64,000 nucleotides of DNA from Vicugna vicugna (Eukaryota): positions 6,740,716 to 6,804,715 of the forward strand of contig MU058337.1 of the NCBI GenBank assembly GCA_013265495.1, read 5' to 3'. Position 1 is the first letter of the stretch; every line of letters starts with the position of its first letter. Below are positions 38,465 to 51,685 of this stretch, in pieces. Both the position numbers and the translations under genes were made by a program. Below the pieces are notes generated by a model. It saw only the letters and a program-made list of their open reading frames with translations, made no database searches and was not told where the DNA came from.

Positions 38465-40895
38465 GTAAGTAGCACTTAATTAACTTCATCACAGATTATC
38501 ACAAGTAATGCTGTACTTACTAAATCTCAAAATCTTTGTTTTATTTTAATAATACAGTACTGAAACTATGTTAGTGAAGGACTTTCAAATGGAGTATGCT
38601 GTCATTTTCCTGCATTACTAATACGATTTTTCATTAACTTTCAATATTGTTTTACATTGACAGTAAATGTAATATTTTTCAACTTAAAAGAAAATGTTGA
38701 TATGATATAAGTTATCTTTAGTAGTCTCCGTCACTTGGTTTCATTACATTGTTTGTTTCACAGAATGTACTTAATGGCTATATATAGCGAATTATGGACT
38801 CAAATATTCAAAATGCTGACTTAAAAGCCAATCACTTTTCAATATTTATCCAAAAACGTTTCTGGGTGCCCAGAATTCAACCTGTACTGATACTGCCTTT
38901 AAAACACACACATTAGGCATATTTTATTCAGTCTTAAGCAGATGAACACAAGTGTTGAAGACATGAAGACAGCTTGAGCTCAATGAAGGGAAAAAGATTC
39001 ACTAAAAAATGGTTTGTAAGTATGGAATTTCTGTGACAAAATTCAGGGATAAGGATGAGTGGAGGGAGTTCTGATACAATATTAAAAGAGAAAAAAGGGT
39101 ACAAAATTTTATTTATCTTACAATTGCTACTATTTAAAAATTCACTGAAAGTTAAAAATAAGTCAAGCCTCTAAAATTATTTTTCTTTGTATGATACTGA
39201 AGATTTAATTTTCTATGTAGTTTTTTTCATTTGATAGAAGTTAATATCTCAGTCACACCAATCCTTGGAAAGTTTAATTAATACAGGCTTTTAAATATAT
39301 AGAGTTCTACTCCAAAATCATATTTAACCTAAATATCTGGCAAACTAGCTGGAGTCAGAGAGGTAGGAGGGAAAAGAGGGAAGGGAAAACATGCTCATAT
39401 CTTGTGTTTATCCATAGCAATTGCTCAAATTAATTTTAAATTATCAACAGTCCGTGATGCCACTAACCAGATGGCTAATCTCCTCCCAAGTTTTCACTAA
39501 AGAGAGATGCAGGGCTAAATGAGAGAAAGCCCATTCTGCAAAGTGACATTTTTGAAGGAAACTTTTCTTACGCCTCCATATTTCACAGGGGATGCCATAA
39601 GGTTCCATCTCTTTGTAGCGAGTCGATTTTTAAAGTCACTGTTGTTGGTGTTGCATCGTGGGTGATGGAAGTTTCACACAGGGGTGGGAGGGTGGTCAAT
39701 GATATTTACAATCACAACTAAATGCCTTTCCATTAGAAATGGACACTTTGAGGGGGGGATGGAAATTAGTTTCTGCAACACATAAAGTTATTGAGTGACT
39801 TCATTAATAACTTCTTCTCTTTGATATTCCTTTTTTAAATTCAATTTGACAAATAATACTTCAGCTCCTGTATCTGTGTAGCGTGAGGGCATGAAAGTCA
39901 CTATACTAGCAATATCTTATTCTCAAGGTGTTGCTCTCTATGCATCACTGCAGCAGGGAAACCTACTTCCAGGACACTGGTAAACACCATCCAGCATTAG
40001 GCACTCCCAACTGTGCATTAAAAACTAGCTCATCTATTATTCTAAGAGTCAAGTTCATGATCTGCAGACCACGGAACAAGACACCACAGTTTCTAGACCT
40101 ATGATAATTTAGAGAGACCATGATGCTATGTTTGCCACTTGAAAAAAAAAAAAAAACAGGTTTAATGGTCAACTAAGCAAGCCCTCATTGACAAATTAGA
40201 GTAGATGCTGTTGGTCACCTTGCCCAAGGTTCCTTCCTTCACTCATCCATCAATTTACCAAATATTACTTAATGAGTACCTATTATGTACTCACTAGGCA
40301 GTTGGGATTTGCAGTAAAAAGAAAAAGTTTTTGCTCTCAGAAGAGAATTACTGTGAATATTCAGTAATCAACCAGTTATATGGTTCCTTTATTAGTTTTC
40401 TAATACATATTTTATATATTAAAATTATATTTAATGAGTAAAAATTCATTACTTGGACATTACTAATCTAGGTTACCAAACATTAAAACAGCAGGAAGAT
40501 GATAAAAGGTGGCAAACTACTTTGTACGATGCAAAATTTAGAATGGCCTTTCCCCAGTTGGCCCCAATCAAAGGATATCTACTATAGGAATGACTGCTAC
40601 TCAATTTCACACTAGAGGGAAAAAAATCATAAAGAAAATGTTATTCTTTGGGGAAGAAGGGAGGTGGGGAGGGAGAGAAGAAAATGAATACATCTGCCAG
40701 TGCACTATGACACACTAGACTATTTTAACAGGTTGGCACATGTTAGTAACAATACCTAGGGAGTGTACTTCTGAATAAATACTGAGACACATATATTGAC
40801 TCCACAACATAAAGTCCTCTCAAAATTACAATCCACTGCCATGCCAAGTCAAGTGTGAGAATGTTAAGCATTCATTTTTCAACAAAAGGTTTTAT

Positions 40896-40917
40896 GCCTC
40901 CTATTCTTATTTTACAG
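40896..40917 (+). promoter_or_regulatory. GPR18: 3' splice acceptor of the GPR18 coding exon
   Basis: gcctcctattcttattttacag with AG at 40916-40917, 34 nt before the ATG. Confidence 0.85.
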
Positions 40918-40951
40918 TTTCTAAGTGTCATGCCCACCAACAAGCTCTAAG

Positions 40952-41947
40952 ATGACCACCCCTCACAATCAAGCTCAACCTGGCCCTTCTAACAACTCAC
41001 ATCCAGATGAATACAAAATCGCAGCCCTTGTCTTCTACAGTTGTATCTTCATCATTGGACTATTTGTTAACGTCACTGCCTTATGGGTTTTCAGTTGTAC
41101 CACCAAGAAGAGAACCACTGTGACCATCTACATGATGAATGTGGCGTTACTGGACTTAATATTTATAATGAGCTTACCCTTTCGAATGTTTTATTATGCA
41201 AAAGGTGAATGGCCCTTTGGAGAGTACTTCTGCCAAATCCTTGGGGCTCTCACAGTGTTTTACCCAAGTATTGCTCTATGGCTTCTTGCTTTCATTAGTG
41301 CCGACAGATACATGGCCATTGTACAGCCAAAATACGCCAAGGAACTTAAAAACACGTTCAAGGCCGTGCTAGCGTGTGTAGGAGTCTGGATAATGACCCT
41401 GACCACCACTATCCCACTCCTGCTGCTCTATGAAGACCCAGATAAAGCCTCCACGCCCCCCACCTGCCTCAAAATTTCTGACATCATCCACTTAAAAGCT
41501 GTTAACGTGCTGAACTTCACACGACTGATATTTTTCTTCTTGATTCCTCTGTTCATCATGATTGGGTGCTACTTGGTCATTATTCACAGTCTCCTTCACG
41601 GTAAGACATCTAAGCTGAAACCCAAAGTCAAAGAGAAGTCTATAAGGATCATCATCACGCTCATGGTGCAGGTGCTCGTCTGCTTCACACCTTTCCACAT
41701 CTGCTTCGCTTTCCTGATGCTGGGAGGGGACGAGAACAGCTACAACCCCTGGGCAGCCTTCACCACCTTCCTCATGAACCTCAGCACCTGTCTGGATGTG
41801 ATTCTCTACTACATTGTTTCGAAACAATTTCAGGCTCGGGTCATCAGCGTCATGCTATACCGCAATTACCTTCGGAGCGTGCGCAGAAAAAGCTTCCGCT
41901 CAGGTAGCTTACGCTCACTAAGCAATGTGAACAGTGAAATGTTATGA
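40952..41947 (+). CDS. GPR18: G protein-coupled receptor 18, 331 aa, CDS in one exon
   Basis: 7TM protein with HPDEYKIAALVFYSCIF, ADRY, CFTP, DVILYY in place of NPxxY, and C-terminal GSLRSLSNVNSEML. The ORF-track start at 40925 is GTG; the first in-frame ATG is 40952. Confidence 0.97.
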   Translation: MTTPHNQAQPGPSNNSHPDEYKIAALVFYSCIFIIGLFVNVTALWVFSCTTKKRTTVTIYMMNVALLDLIFIMSLPFRMFYYAKGEWPFGEYFCQILGALTVFYPSIALWLLAFISADRYMAIVQPKYAKELKNTFKAVLACVGVWIMTLTTTIPLLLLYEDPDKASTPPTCLKISDIIHLKAVNVLNFTRLIFFFLIPLFIMIGCYLVIIHSLLHGKTSKLKPKVKEKSIRIIITLMVQVLVCFTPFHICFAFLMLGGDENSYNPWAAFTTFLMNLSTCLDVILYYIVSKQFQARVISVMLYRNYLRSVRRKSFRSGSLRSLSNVNSEML

Positions 41948-42054
41948 ACTGTTAAATGTTTTTGTCTTCAATCTCTTTAAATTCACTTTACTAATCTTAG
42001 GGTCAATAGGTATTCTGTATGCTATTATCAAGTCCCTTCTCTCCTGAAAAAAAA

Positions 42055-42137
42055 AATAAACTTTAAAAATTTTTCCTCTTTTGTGGGATCTTATTATTGT
42101 GGCAGCATAATTAAATATACTGATGTATTCTAATAAA
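42055..42137 (+). terminator. GPR18: Candidate GPR18 polyadenylation signals
   Basis: AATAAA at 42055-42060 and 42132-42137, shortly after the stop codon. Confidence 0.55.
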
Positions 42138-44749
42138 TTCATTATTTTTAAAATTTGCATAAAACATTTTCATCAGTCATTGGGAGAAAAACATCCAATC
42201 TGTGTTTCGTATGCAAACCTTATCTAAATACAGTTGACTTAACTTCTGGGATTTAATTCTATGGGCAAGTGAGTCATGATGTCAGTCAAGCCAGCAGGCA
42301 AAATAATCAAGCTACTGTTTGAAATAAATTGACTGAATTATTTCTAACTAGATGCAGTTCCCTTTGGTTTAATTTACACTCAGAATTGGTGGTCTAAACC
42401 CAGTATTTTGTGTTCTAAACACCAAACTCCCAGGATTCCTGCACAAGCAACTGTGTTCAACTCATCACTGTTACCTGCTCCAGAGCAAAATTCTCAGGAC
42501 CAAGCATCTGAGGGGGCCTGTAAAGCTCATGGCCATCAGCTCTCCCCTACTCTGCATTCTCCTCTGGAAATGACTACAACCATTCAATAAACACTTACTG
42601 AGAGCCTACTCTGCACCAGACATACTGTGCACCACACTCTACTTACGACCATTGGAGGAAACCTAACCCAAGATCCTATTTCTGCCCAATATCCAGGTTC
42701 ATTCCTATGACACAATGTTTGTACTATATGGTGAAATATCTTCCTCCATTAGAAATAGCTAATCAGTTTGTTCTTCTTAGGCAACAAAACATCACATTAC
42801 AAAAGAGTCTGATTTTCTCCCAGGCCATATGTCACAGTATAAATAGCACTAGTCAGGAACTTTGGATTCTTATTCTAGCCTTGTCATTTAATTTCCCCTA
42901 AAAAGTAACAAACCAAGTACTTCTCCATTTAAAAAGGAAAGGAAGTAAACTATAATCTATAAATATATTATTCTAAACATTATGGAAGTACACAAATGAG
43001 TCAACCATAACTTCCTCTTTGCTAAATCACCTGTATTACTCTTAACATAATCATCTCCTAATAGGACTAAGAATCAAATAAATCCATTGGCTACAAATAG
43101 ATTTCTATAATATGGGCAAATTCATATTCTTAAAAAAAAAAAAAGAAAAGATAAAAGAAAAGATAAACACAAAGAAGCCCAATCATAAAACAGAATTTTA
43201 GTATTAGAAGATCCCTTAGATGATCCTCCAGATTAATCCTTTTGTTTTAAACACAAAGAAAATGACATTCAAAGAGGTTATATGACTTGCTCAGCTAAAG
43301 GACCAGGATTAGAAACCACGCTCAGTTCTCCTTTCACATCAACCACCAATTTTTCAATAATAAAAAGCAAACAAGCTTACAGAACGTAAACATCCTCATA
43401 GCTACATATGGTAAAGGAGTTAAGATGGTACTGGATTGTCGTTCCTCAACAAAGAGAAAACTGTTTAAAGTTTTGAATAGTTAAGTGTGCAAGATGCTTT
43501 AATAAATATCATTAAATGAGTAATTATTTCTAAAACAAGGGAAATAACTCTTGTATTTGATATGTAGGCTCATGGTGTATGTATACAGTCATTGCCTACT
43601 CGCAACTCTACAGATGAATCTGCTCTTACATAATTTTTTAAATGACAAGTTCTCTACAATGACTTTTCCTGATGAAAAGAACTGGAGAGCACAAAACACA
43701 ACAAAGTGAAAATGTATGTCATGGTTCTCACAATAAAACTTCAGATAATCTAAAACACAGTTAATTTAAAAATGTCATTCAGCATTGTAATCAGACACAT
43801 TTTAATATGATATGTAAAAATTCAAAATTCCACTTACTCTGGAGGTATCTGATTCTGGGAAACAATACAACACCCACATGTAAATACTAACAATGAAAAA
43901 ATAACAGGTCTATAAGTACAGGTGTGTGATAAGCATGGGTTACTAGAAGCAACTAATACATACAACTTCTACTAATGGAGCTGTCTTTACTTTCAAAACC
44001 TAGTGGTTACAATTTCTGAATTTCAAATAACAGCCATAAGAATCCATCATATGCCAGGCGTAATTTCTTTGTAAAACACTATAAAAAAAGATGAAAGGTC
44101 TATGGTTCAAAGACCTCCCCTTATAGTCTTAAGGGGCTACACTGTAACCAAGACTATCCCTTCAACATTACTGAATAAAGGCAATGAGTACATGAAGTAA
44201 AATTAGTTCCCCCTCCGTGAGCTAGCAGGGTGGCATGGGAGGGCCGGATAATGATAATGACGATCCAATGCAATAAATGCTAATAGGCATCTTAACAAGT
44301 TTGTTGGAATATAAATAAAAGGACAATTAACCCCGCCAAAGAGCAACAGGGTGCAGAAAGGAAACCAAGTTAAGCACATGAATACAGATACACAGAACAT
44401 TAAGAAGGCTGAATGACCAACGGGGGAGTGGCTTGAAATACTGGACTAGGGTCAGATTACGAGGGTTTTGAAGGGAAAGGAAAAAAAAAAACAATATATG
44501 GAGTGGGGCTGTTGCTACTGCTAAAATATTTGTGCAGATGAGCTTATTTCATTCCTTCCACTGCCCTGTGAAGTATAGAGTGTGGCCCCCAATTTACATA
44601 GGAGGGTCATCTACAAACTGAGCTTAGGAAATGGAACCTGAGAGGCGTAACTTGCTCGAGATGACACACAAGTAATACATTGGCAGAGCTGGAATCTCAG
44701 GTAATCTAGTCTATGTGATTCGCACTATTCCGGACTGCCATGATGCCAT

Positions 44750-45620
44750 CTTGGGGGAGTTTGATTTTTATTCTGAAGCAAATGAGGATGTAAAGGTTTT
44801 TAAGTGGATGAGTCAACTTGTATTTTAGAAGGACAACTTCTGAAAACAGTGCATGAAATGCTCTGAAATTGATGGGAAGAGTAGTTGGAGAATTACTGCC
44901 AAAAATCTAGACAGGAAAAGACCAGTTAAGACTGAGATAAGGACAGCAGGGGTCGAGAACATGGGATGAACAGATGAATTTGATGGGACTCTGAATTAAT
45001 AAGACTTGCTGTCCTACTCCAATGATGAGAAAAGAGAAAGATTTCCAGCTTGAGTGACTGAGTAGATGGAAATACCATTAATTAAAATAGACAGTACAGA
45101 AGGAGGAGGAGATGAAAGTACAGAAAGAGAGGTGATCAGAAGAGGTTAAGAGCTTCTGAATATGATGAATTTTCTTTGAGTCTTAGAAGTCATTAGGATA
45201 TATGACTGAAGGATCAGGAAAGTAATATGGACTAGAAATAGAGTGCTGGGAAACAAACTGTATGTCAGATGTCAACTGTAGCTGACGTCATGGGAGTGGA
45301 CAAGATGGCCCAGAGAAAGCACCTGGAGTAAGCTTGAGAAAGGGGCTGCAACTAGTAAGGAAGGTCAAAAAGGACCAGGAGACAGTAGTGACCTAGGATC
45401 AAGGGAGCAGGTTATTTCATGAAATAATGGGAGGTCAAAAGCATTCAATGTGCTACTGAAAGGTCAAATAAGATAAGTGAAAATAAGCCACTGGTTTTAG
45501 AAATGGGTTGGTTACTGGTAACCTTTATATGAGAAGTTTTAACAGTGGTGAGGTTAGAAAAAAAAAGGGAGAGAATTAAATAGCAAGTGAAGAATTCAAG
45601 GAGTGCAGATAAATTTGGCA
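44750..45620 (-). mobile_element. L2 LINE fragment
   Basis: ttccagcttgagtgactgagtagatgg and aatgtgctactgaaaggtcaaataagataag. Confidence 0.65.
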
Positions 45621-47445
45621 TTGATGAGAAAAAAAGGTAACATGTTATACGGAAAACAGTGCAAATTATAAAACACACTGACTAAAAAGAGACTGTTTCC
45701 TCTCTTGAGTTTTTGAAGCTTTGTTATCATCAAAAAAAGATATATTTACAAAATGCAAAATTTATTTATTGAAGTAAGGATTTATGTTCCAAGAAGTTCT
45801 CTATGTTTGAGAATACTTTAAGACTCAAAATAGCCACACTGTAATGACTCATGATTTAAAAAGGAAAGAGAAATATATTATCATTCAGGTGATGTCTGAA
45901 TTAACATTCCATTGTCTTTCAAAGGGCACCCTATAACTTTTGAACTTACTCAAGTTTCCAATTCTTGCTACAAATTAAGGTTTAAATAGATAAATGCCTC
46001 TTGGCCTTAAGTATAAGCACTGCCACCAACTTCAAAATTTAATCAATCTTCCTTCTATACATCTGTTAGGATTCCATAAGAAAATGCCATTCATACAAAG
46101 AAATTACTGTAATTCAACTCTGTGTGCAATAGGGAAAAAAAGGTCACAAGACAAGAGAACAGCGTAAATAAGAATTAAAAGCTATGTTACGACCTATCCT
46201 CGAAATTGATCCTAACACAGACACACATGATACAAATAACCCTTCCGTAACTCAGTAGGCCTTACAAAGAACAAAAAAAGAATTGGCCTGGATGAGAAAT
46301 GTTTGGGGGAAAAGCAGTGATTTAGTAACGCTGTTTCTTTTCAAAATAAACATGGAATCATTCCTAATGACTATACTATTTTCCACAATACCAGAGGATG
46401 CAAACTAAACTTCTCAGTCTAATTGCAATTACAGCCCATGAAACTCAAAAACTGTATCATAATTATGACACAGAACTTTATCTGTCACCATTAAAATATT
46501 ACTCAGAATCATATATTATTAAAACAGCTAAAGATCGACACTCATGCACACAATTCAGTAAATCCCATAAAGGGCAGCTGTGATCAAAAATATTAACAAT
46601 GTAAGTGTGAAAGCTATTAGATCATTAACCATATTTTAAAATAGAGACCAAGGTGAATTTGAATCAAGATACATGCAACTGTCTAACAGTTCTCAAAAAC
46701 AGATTAATGAAAATTAAATTAAAAGGCTGAAGCTATTACACACAGAATTTTAACTATCTGGTATCTTTATTTCATAGGACCTCATCTCTCACATACAATC
46801 TCAAATACTTAATTCAGAGATGCTTTAAGGTCATTTATACGTGCTTACAACTCTGCTCATAGACCGTAGTTATTTCATAAATTAATACTTTTTTGTTTTG
46901 TTTTAAAAGAAGACCAACAAAACATGAAAGCACAGACAATCTGAGTTAGGTCACCCATTGCAGGTTGGCTTCAAAGTTGTAACCTACATATTGGTTTTCT
47001 TTTATCTTTGGTGAAAGTATATAAACAATATCACTTTTAAAAAGCATCATTCTTCAGAAGCTTAACTTCAGATAAATTAATTTTGTTTCCTAATCTAATC
47101 TAATTAAGTTTTGTATTTTTTGTGTTTAATTCATTCACAAAGTTACAAAGACAAAATTTCACTACAAAAACACAATTCTATCCTCAGGACCAGAACAAGA
47201 AATTCATTAAAAATTCTCTAAAATATGAGTTTTTAAAGCTGAAAAAAAAAAAAGAGTGCATGTAAAATAAATTGTTTCCAGAACATAATGAAAATGTAAG
47301 TATACACTGGATTTTTTACAGGTAATATAAATTTTACTATATCCAGAAGTTTTAAAAATATTCTTGTACTGACTTTCACATACAATAATGCTTTACATCA
47401 GATTTAAGCAGTTATGATTTAAGGTAATCTTTGAGAGCTACTTAC

Positions 47446-47555
47446 AATCCAGAAGGCAAATTCCTGGCTGCAGTGATACCAAATGAATACCACACAGCTT
47501 CAACAAGGATGAAGTCACCCACGGCTGACAAAACCCAGGAACCCAGTAAAAAGGA
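47446..47555 (-). CDS. UBAC2: UBAC2 coding exon 4 (110 bp)
   Basis: Minus strand ttttcag|tcc...ggatt|gtaagt translates SFLLGSWVLSAVGDFILVEAVWYSFGITAARNLPSG, in frame with exon 3. Confidence 0.92.
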
Positions 47556-48096
47556 CTGAAAATAAAATAGGAAGAACATTACAGAGAGGAACCTTCTAAA
47601 AATAAACTAATTTTAATTAATTAGTACCAGCTCAGGTATATATATATTTTTAAGTTTGTTTTTGTTCAAACAGACTTTTCAAAATGAGGGAGTAAAACAA
47701 TATTGGTCAAATGTATTAACTTCCATAATTTCTAAGTGTGTTAAAAAAAGATATTTACAGTATGATTTATTTTTACAAGTAACACACAAACCATTAAGCA
47801 AAATAAGTGATTAGAATTTTACTAAAGTAAAAATCCTAATTAAAATTTTTATTGCCTACTCACTAATATTATCTGTTATCATTATCATTATTATTATTTT
47901 GTTATGCTAGTGGCTTAAATTTAAAATTTGTCTCTGGTTATTATCCATGCTTCAAACCAGACTGAGGATCATGTAATTAAAAGATAACTGTTAATAACAA
48001 CATCAAGCTAAATAAAATAAAATTATTGCAAAATAAGAAAACAAAAACATTTTTTCTGTAATCTAAGTAACAAAGGGAAAATACATAAAAACTTAC

Positions 48097-48216
48097 TGCA
48101 AATTTTCTGCTTCCATATCTTCTTTCAAATATTCTAAAATTATAAATAAGCAGACTACTGCAGAAAGTATCTTTCAAATCGAGGCAAATTATTCTTCCAC
48201 ATATCAACCTCCAGAT
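48097..48216 (-). CDS. UBAC2: UBAC2 coding exon 3 (120 bp)
   Basis: Minus strand ctag|atctgg...gca|gtaagt translates IWRLICGRIICLDLKDTFCSSLLIYNFRIFERRYGSRKFA, part of the rhomboid-like domain. Confidence 0.95.
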
Positions 48217-49009
48217 CTAGATGGGGATTTAAAAAAGAATAGCAAATAGGAGTAAAAATTGTTCAGATCTCTTCCACAGCAAATTTATTGTGTTTACTTT
48301 GTACTGCTTATTTATTATACTCTAAGCAAACTAATGTCACACACAAAAAAGTTGAACTACATATGTGATTTCCCTAGGAAATGAGCTCAATCCTCTCACA
48401 CTAAAAATTCCTTTCGTATAATGGTACTCAAAAATTTTGTGTTTATTATAATAGAATGTGTTCTCATTAAAATAACAAAAAATTTTCTTAAAAAATTTTT
48501 AAACTGTGTTTAGTAAAATTTTAAAAATCATATATATGAGCTGGAATGAAAGGCTACCAGATGTTTATTTTTATGTTACTAAATAAAACAAACTTGTATC
48601 TGAAAAGCAACTTAGGGATAAACCCAAAATACACATTTCTGAGCTTAATTTTAATGATCAACCTACTTCATAGCAACTTTGTACAAGGCAATTTATAACA
48701 ACTGTTGTTAAATATTACTAATTTGAAATTTTTAACTAACTTAGTTAATTTAAATCATTCTGGTTTAGGTGAAAAACATATAAAGGGATATAGAAAGGAA
48801 AAACAGTCATTCAAAGGCTACTCAAACTATTGAGTCTTCTTAAATATTTTCCATATTTTGAAAGATAAAGCTAGTAACATCTGCAAAATATTCTGATCTC
48901 ATTTCCCTTTCACAATTACCTTACAAAATAGGTAAAACAGATACTTTTAGATTTTTTTTACAAAATAGGTAAAACAGAAATCCTATCTCTTTTTTGGTAT
49001 TTTTATTTT

Positions 49010-49472
49010 GATAAAATAAACACAAAATGTATCATTTTAATTATTTATAAGTGTACAAATTCAGTGGCATTAAGAACATTCACAGTGATGTACATCCATC
49101 ACCAGAACTGATTAATCATCCCAAACAGAAACTCTGTACCCATGAGACAATAGCTCCCCATTCTCTACTCTCCTCAGCCCCTGGTAACCATTATTCTGCT
49201 TTCTGTCTCTAAGAATTTGACTACTCTAGGTACCTCAAATAAGTGGAATCACACAGTATTTGTCTTTTTGTACCTGGCTTATTTATTTCACTTAGCATAG
49301 TGTCTTCAAGGTTCATGTTGAAGTATGTATTGAAAGTTCATTGCTTTTAATGGTTAAATAATATTCCATATACATATATGGCACATTTTAAAAATCCATT
49401 TATCTGTTAATGGACATTTGAATTGTTTCCACCTTTTGGCTAATTGTGAGTAATACTGTTATGAACATTTGT
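49010..49472 (-). mobile_element. L1MB-like 3' end, reverse orientation
   Basis: gtacaaattcagtggcattaag, ttgactactctaggtacctca and ggacatttgaattgtttccaccttttggc. Confidence 0.85.
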
Positions 49473-49475
49473 AAC

Positions 49476-49953
49476 ATCTGTATACTTTGTTTTATTGAGC
49501 TTCATTTTATTTTGCTTTGCAGATACTGTGTTTTTTACAAATTGAAGGTTTGTGACAACCCAGTATCGAGCAAATCTATCAGCGCCTTTTTTCCAACAGC
49601 ATTTGCTCACATCCTGTCTCTGTGTCACATTTTGGTAATTCTCACAATACTTCAAACTCTTCCATTATTATTATATGTGTTATGGTGATCTGTGATCAAT
49701 GATCTTTGATGTTACTATTGTAAAGAGATTACTCACTGAAGGTTCAGATGATGGTTAGCATTTTTTAGCAATAAAGTATTTTTAATTAAGGTATATACAT
49801 TATCTTTTTAGACATAATGTTATGAAACACTTAACAGACTACACTCTAGTGTAAACGTAACTTTTATTTGCACTGGGAAACCAAAAAGTTCATGTGACTT
49901 GCTTTATTTTCACGATATGGAAACAAACCTGCAATATCTACAAGATATGCCAG
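49476..49953 (+). mobile_element. Internally deleted Tigger1 derivative (TcMar)
   Basis: Left end ttacaaattgaaggtttgtgacaacc is joined near 49720 to the right end cagatgatggttagcattttttagc...gcaatatctacaagatatgccag, followed by TA. Confidence 0.85.
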
Positions 49954-51504
49954 TACTGACTCTGTCTTAAGATAAGGAAAATGAAGCAGAAAGTATTTTA
50001 CTTGTATAACGTCTTACACCCATGCTCTTGCCAAAAGAAGTAATAACAAGAATACAAATGAGAAAATGAACCATCCCAACTGTCAAAACATTTTTACATC
50101 TGTCTCTGTTTCAAGCAAGACATCAGGCTGTCTTTGTCATCAGTGTACTCCAATCTGTGGGGGCACTGGACTGGTTCAGGGGCAGCTACTACAGTTCACT
50201 TTACCTGTCCATTGAGCTGAAATGGGGGTGGCTGCCTACAAATCTGTGTTAAGGTCATAACTGGGTTCAAGGAGACACAGCACCATGACCAATTAGCAAT
50301 GACCATGGACACACATGTGGAATCCAGGTAACATCTTCAAACTAAATCTCTTTCCTCCCTCAGAAATTCCATAACTTTGCACCATAATCACATTGAAACT
50401 TTGGGCCAGCATATACTACCATCAGTATGACCAAATGAGGAGTGTGCATGAGAGCACTTTGTAACAAGCTGCCCAGTACTTGACAAATGTAAGATGATGC
50501 TGACTGTCATCTTTACACAACAGCAGATGCAGAAACCATGAAAGACACATTTAAAGTTCTAACACAAGTGTTTACTCAAGGCTAAGCCCAAAGAGCCGCT
50601 AGGAAAGTCTAGGAGATTAAGGAAATTGAGGCTTCATGACTGTAAACAAAACAAACTGGGTTTACAGAGCCCCATTTTTTGTTTATTTTTTCAGCTAATG
50701 ACACACAAAACTAGAAGCTACACTTTGAAATAATTTGTGTTTTGTTACTATGCCCAAGTACACAAAAATCTGAGACCTTTCTGAGAAGAAACCACCAGGT
50801 ATTGCTACGAAGGTGACTGCTCTCTGAGAAGACTGATCGACAAAGCACTGCTTCTGCATTTCAACCTGCAGAACACTAAGGGCAGGACCTTCCCACTGCC
50901 AAAACCTGGGAGAGTCTAACTCACAAGATAAATCCCTTCATCTGCTGCCCTCCCGTCCGTATCCAACCTAACCTCGCGTTAGTCTCTATCAATGCCTCCT
51001 GTACCATACTCCTGAGGGTCTCAAGTTCCTGCTGCTTCAGAAAGTAAAATGTCCTTCTCTCTCTCTATGCTAATTAAAAGTTATTCCTTCCTTCAGACCA
51101 AATGGAAAGCTAACATCACTAAGGCTCTCCAGGGCTATCCCACCCTATACTGGTCTGCACTTCATTTATCACCCGGAGAGGATTTAACTTGTGTCCTATG
51201 GTATCATGTTCTTGTATATGTGTATGCTTACATTTCCCAAAGCAGGACTGAGACTCTCCATATCTCTATAGCAGCTCTAAAAAATGCACACTGAGGGCTT
51301 CTTAAGAGGCTCTAGCAGGAGAGGGTGCTATTCACTCCTGGACAGAAGGGTGGTGGTCCTCCATCTAGGCAGGTCACCACCTCTAGAGCACAGATGCCCA
51401 CAAAGTGGTGCAATTGAAAGGGAATCTTGCCAACTTGGCCAGATGAACCAAATTAACCCCCCAAATCAGAAAGGTACCAACTCAGGGCCAGAGGACACTT
51501 ACAG

Positions 51505-51685
51505 CAGTGGTTCTTTGGGCTGGTCATATGCTAGAATTCTCTGGGCATCTTTTTAAAAAGTACACCAATGCCCAGGTGCTGCCACTAGGCTCTCTGACTC
51601 ACCCTTGAGGGTGAGGTCCTGGCATTGAAAAAAAAAAAAGTATATCCAAGTGATCCTGCTATGCAGCCAGGGTTAAGAACCACTG
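51505..51685. mobile_element. MER5-type hAT MITE
   Basis: Terminal inverted repeats cagtggttct (51505-51514) and agaaccactg (51676-51685). Confidence 0.8.

Noticed and set aside
41492..41827. 111-aa ORF antisense to GPR18
   Set aside because: It is a shadow of the coding strand with no recognisable product or independent signals.
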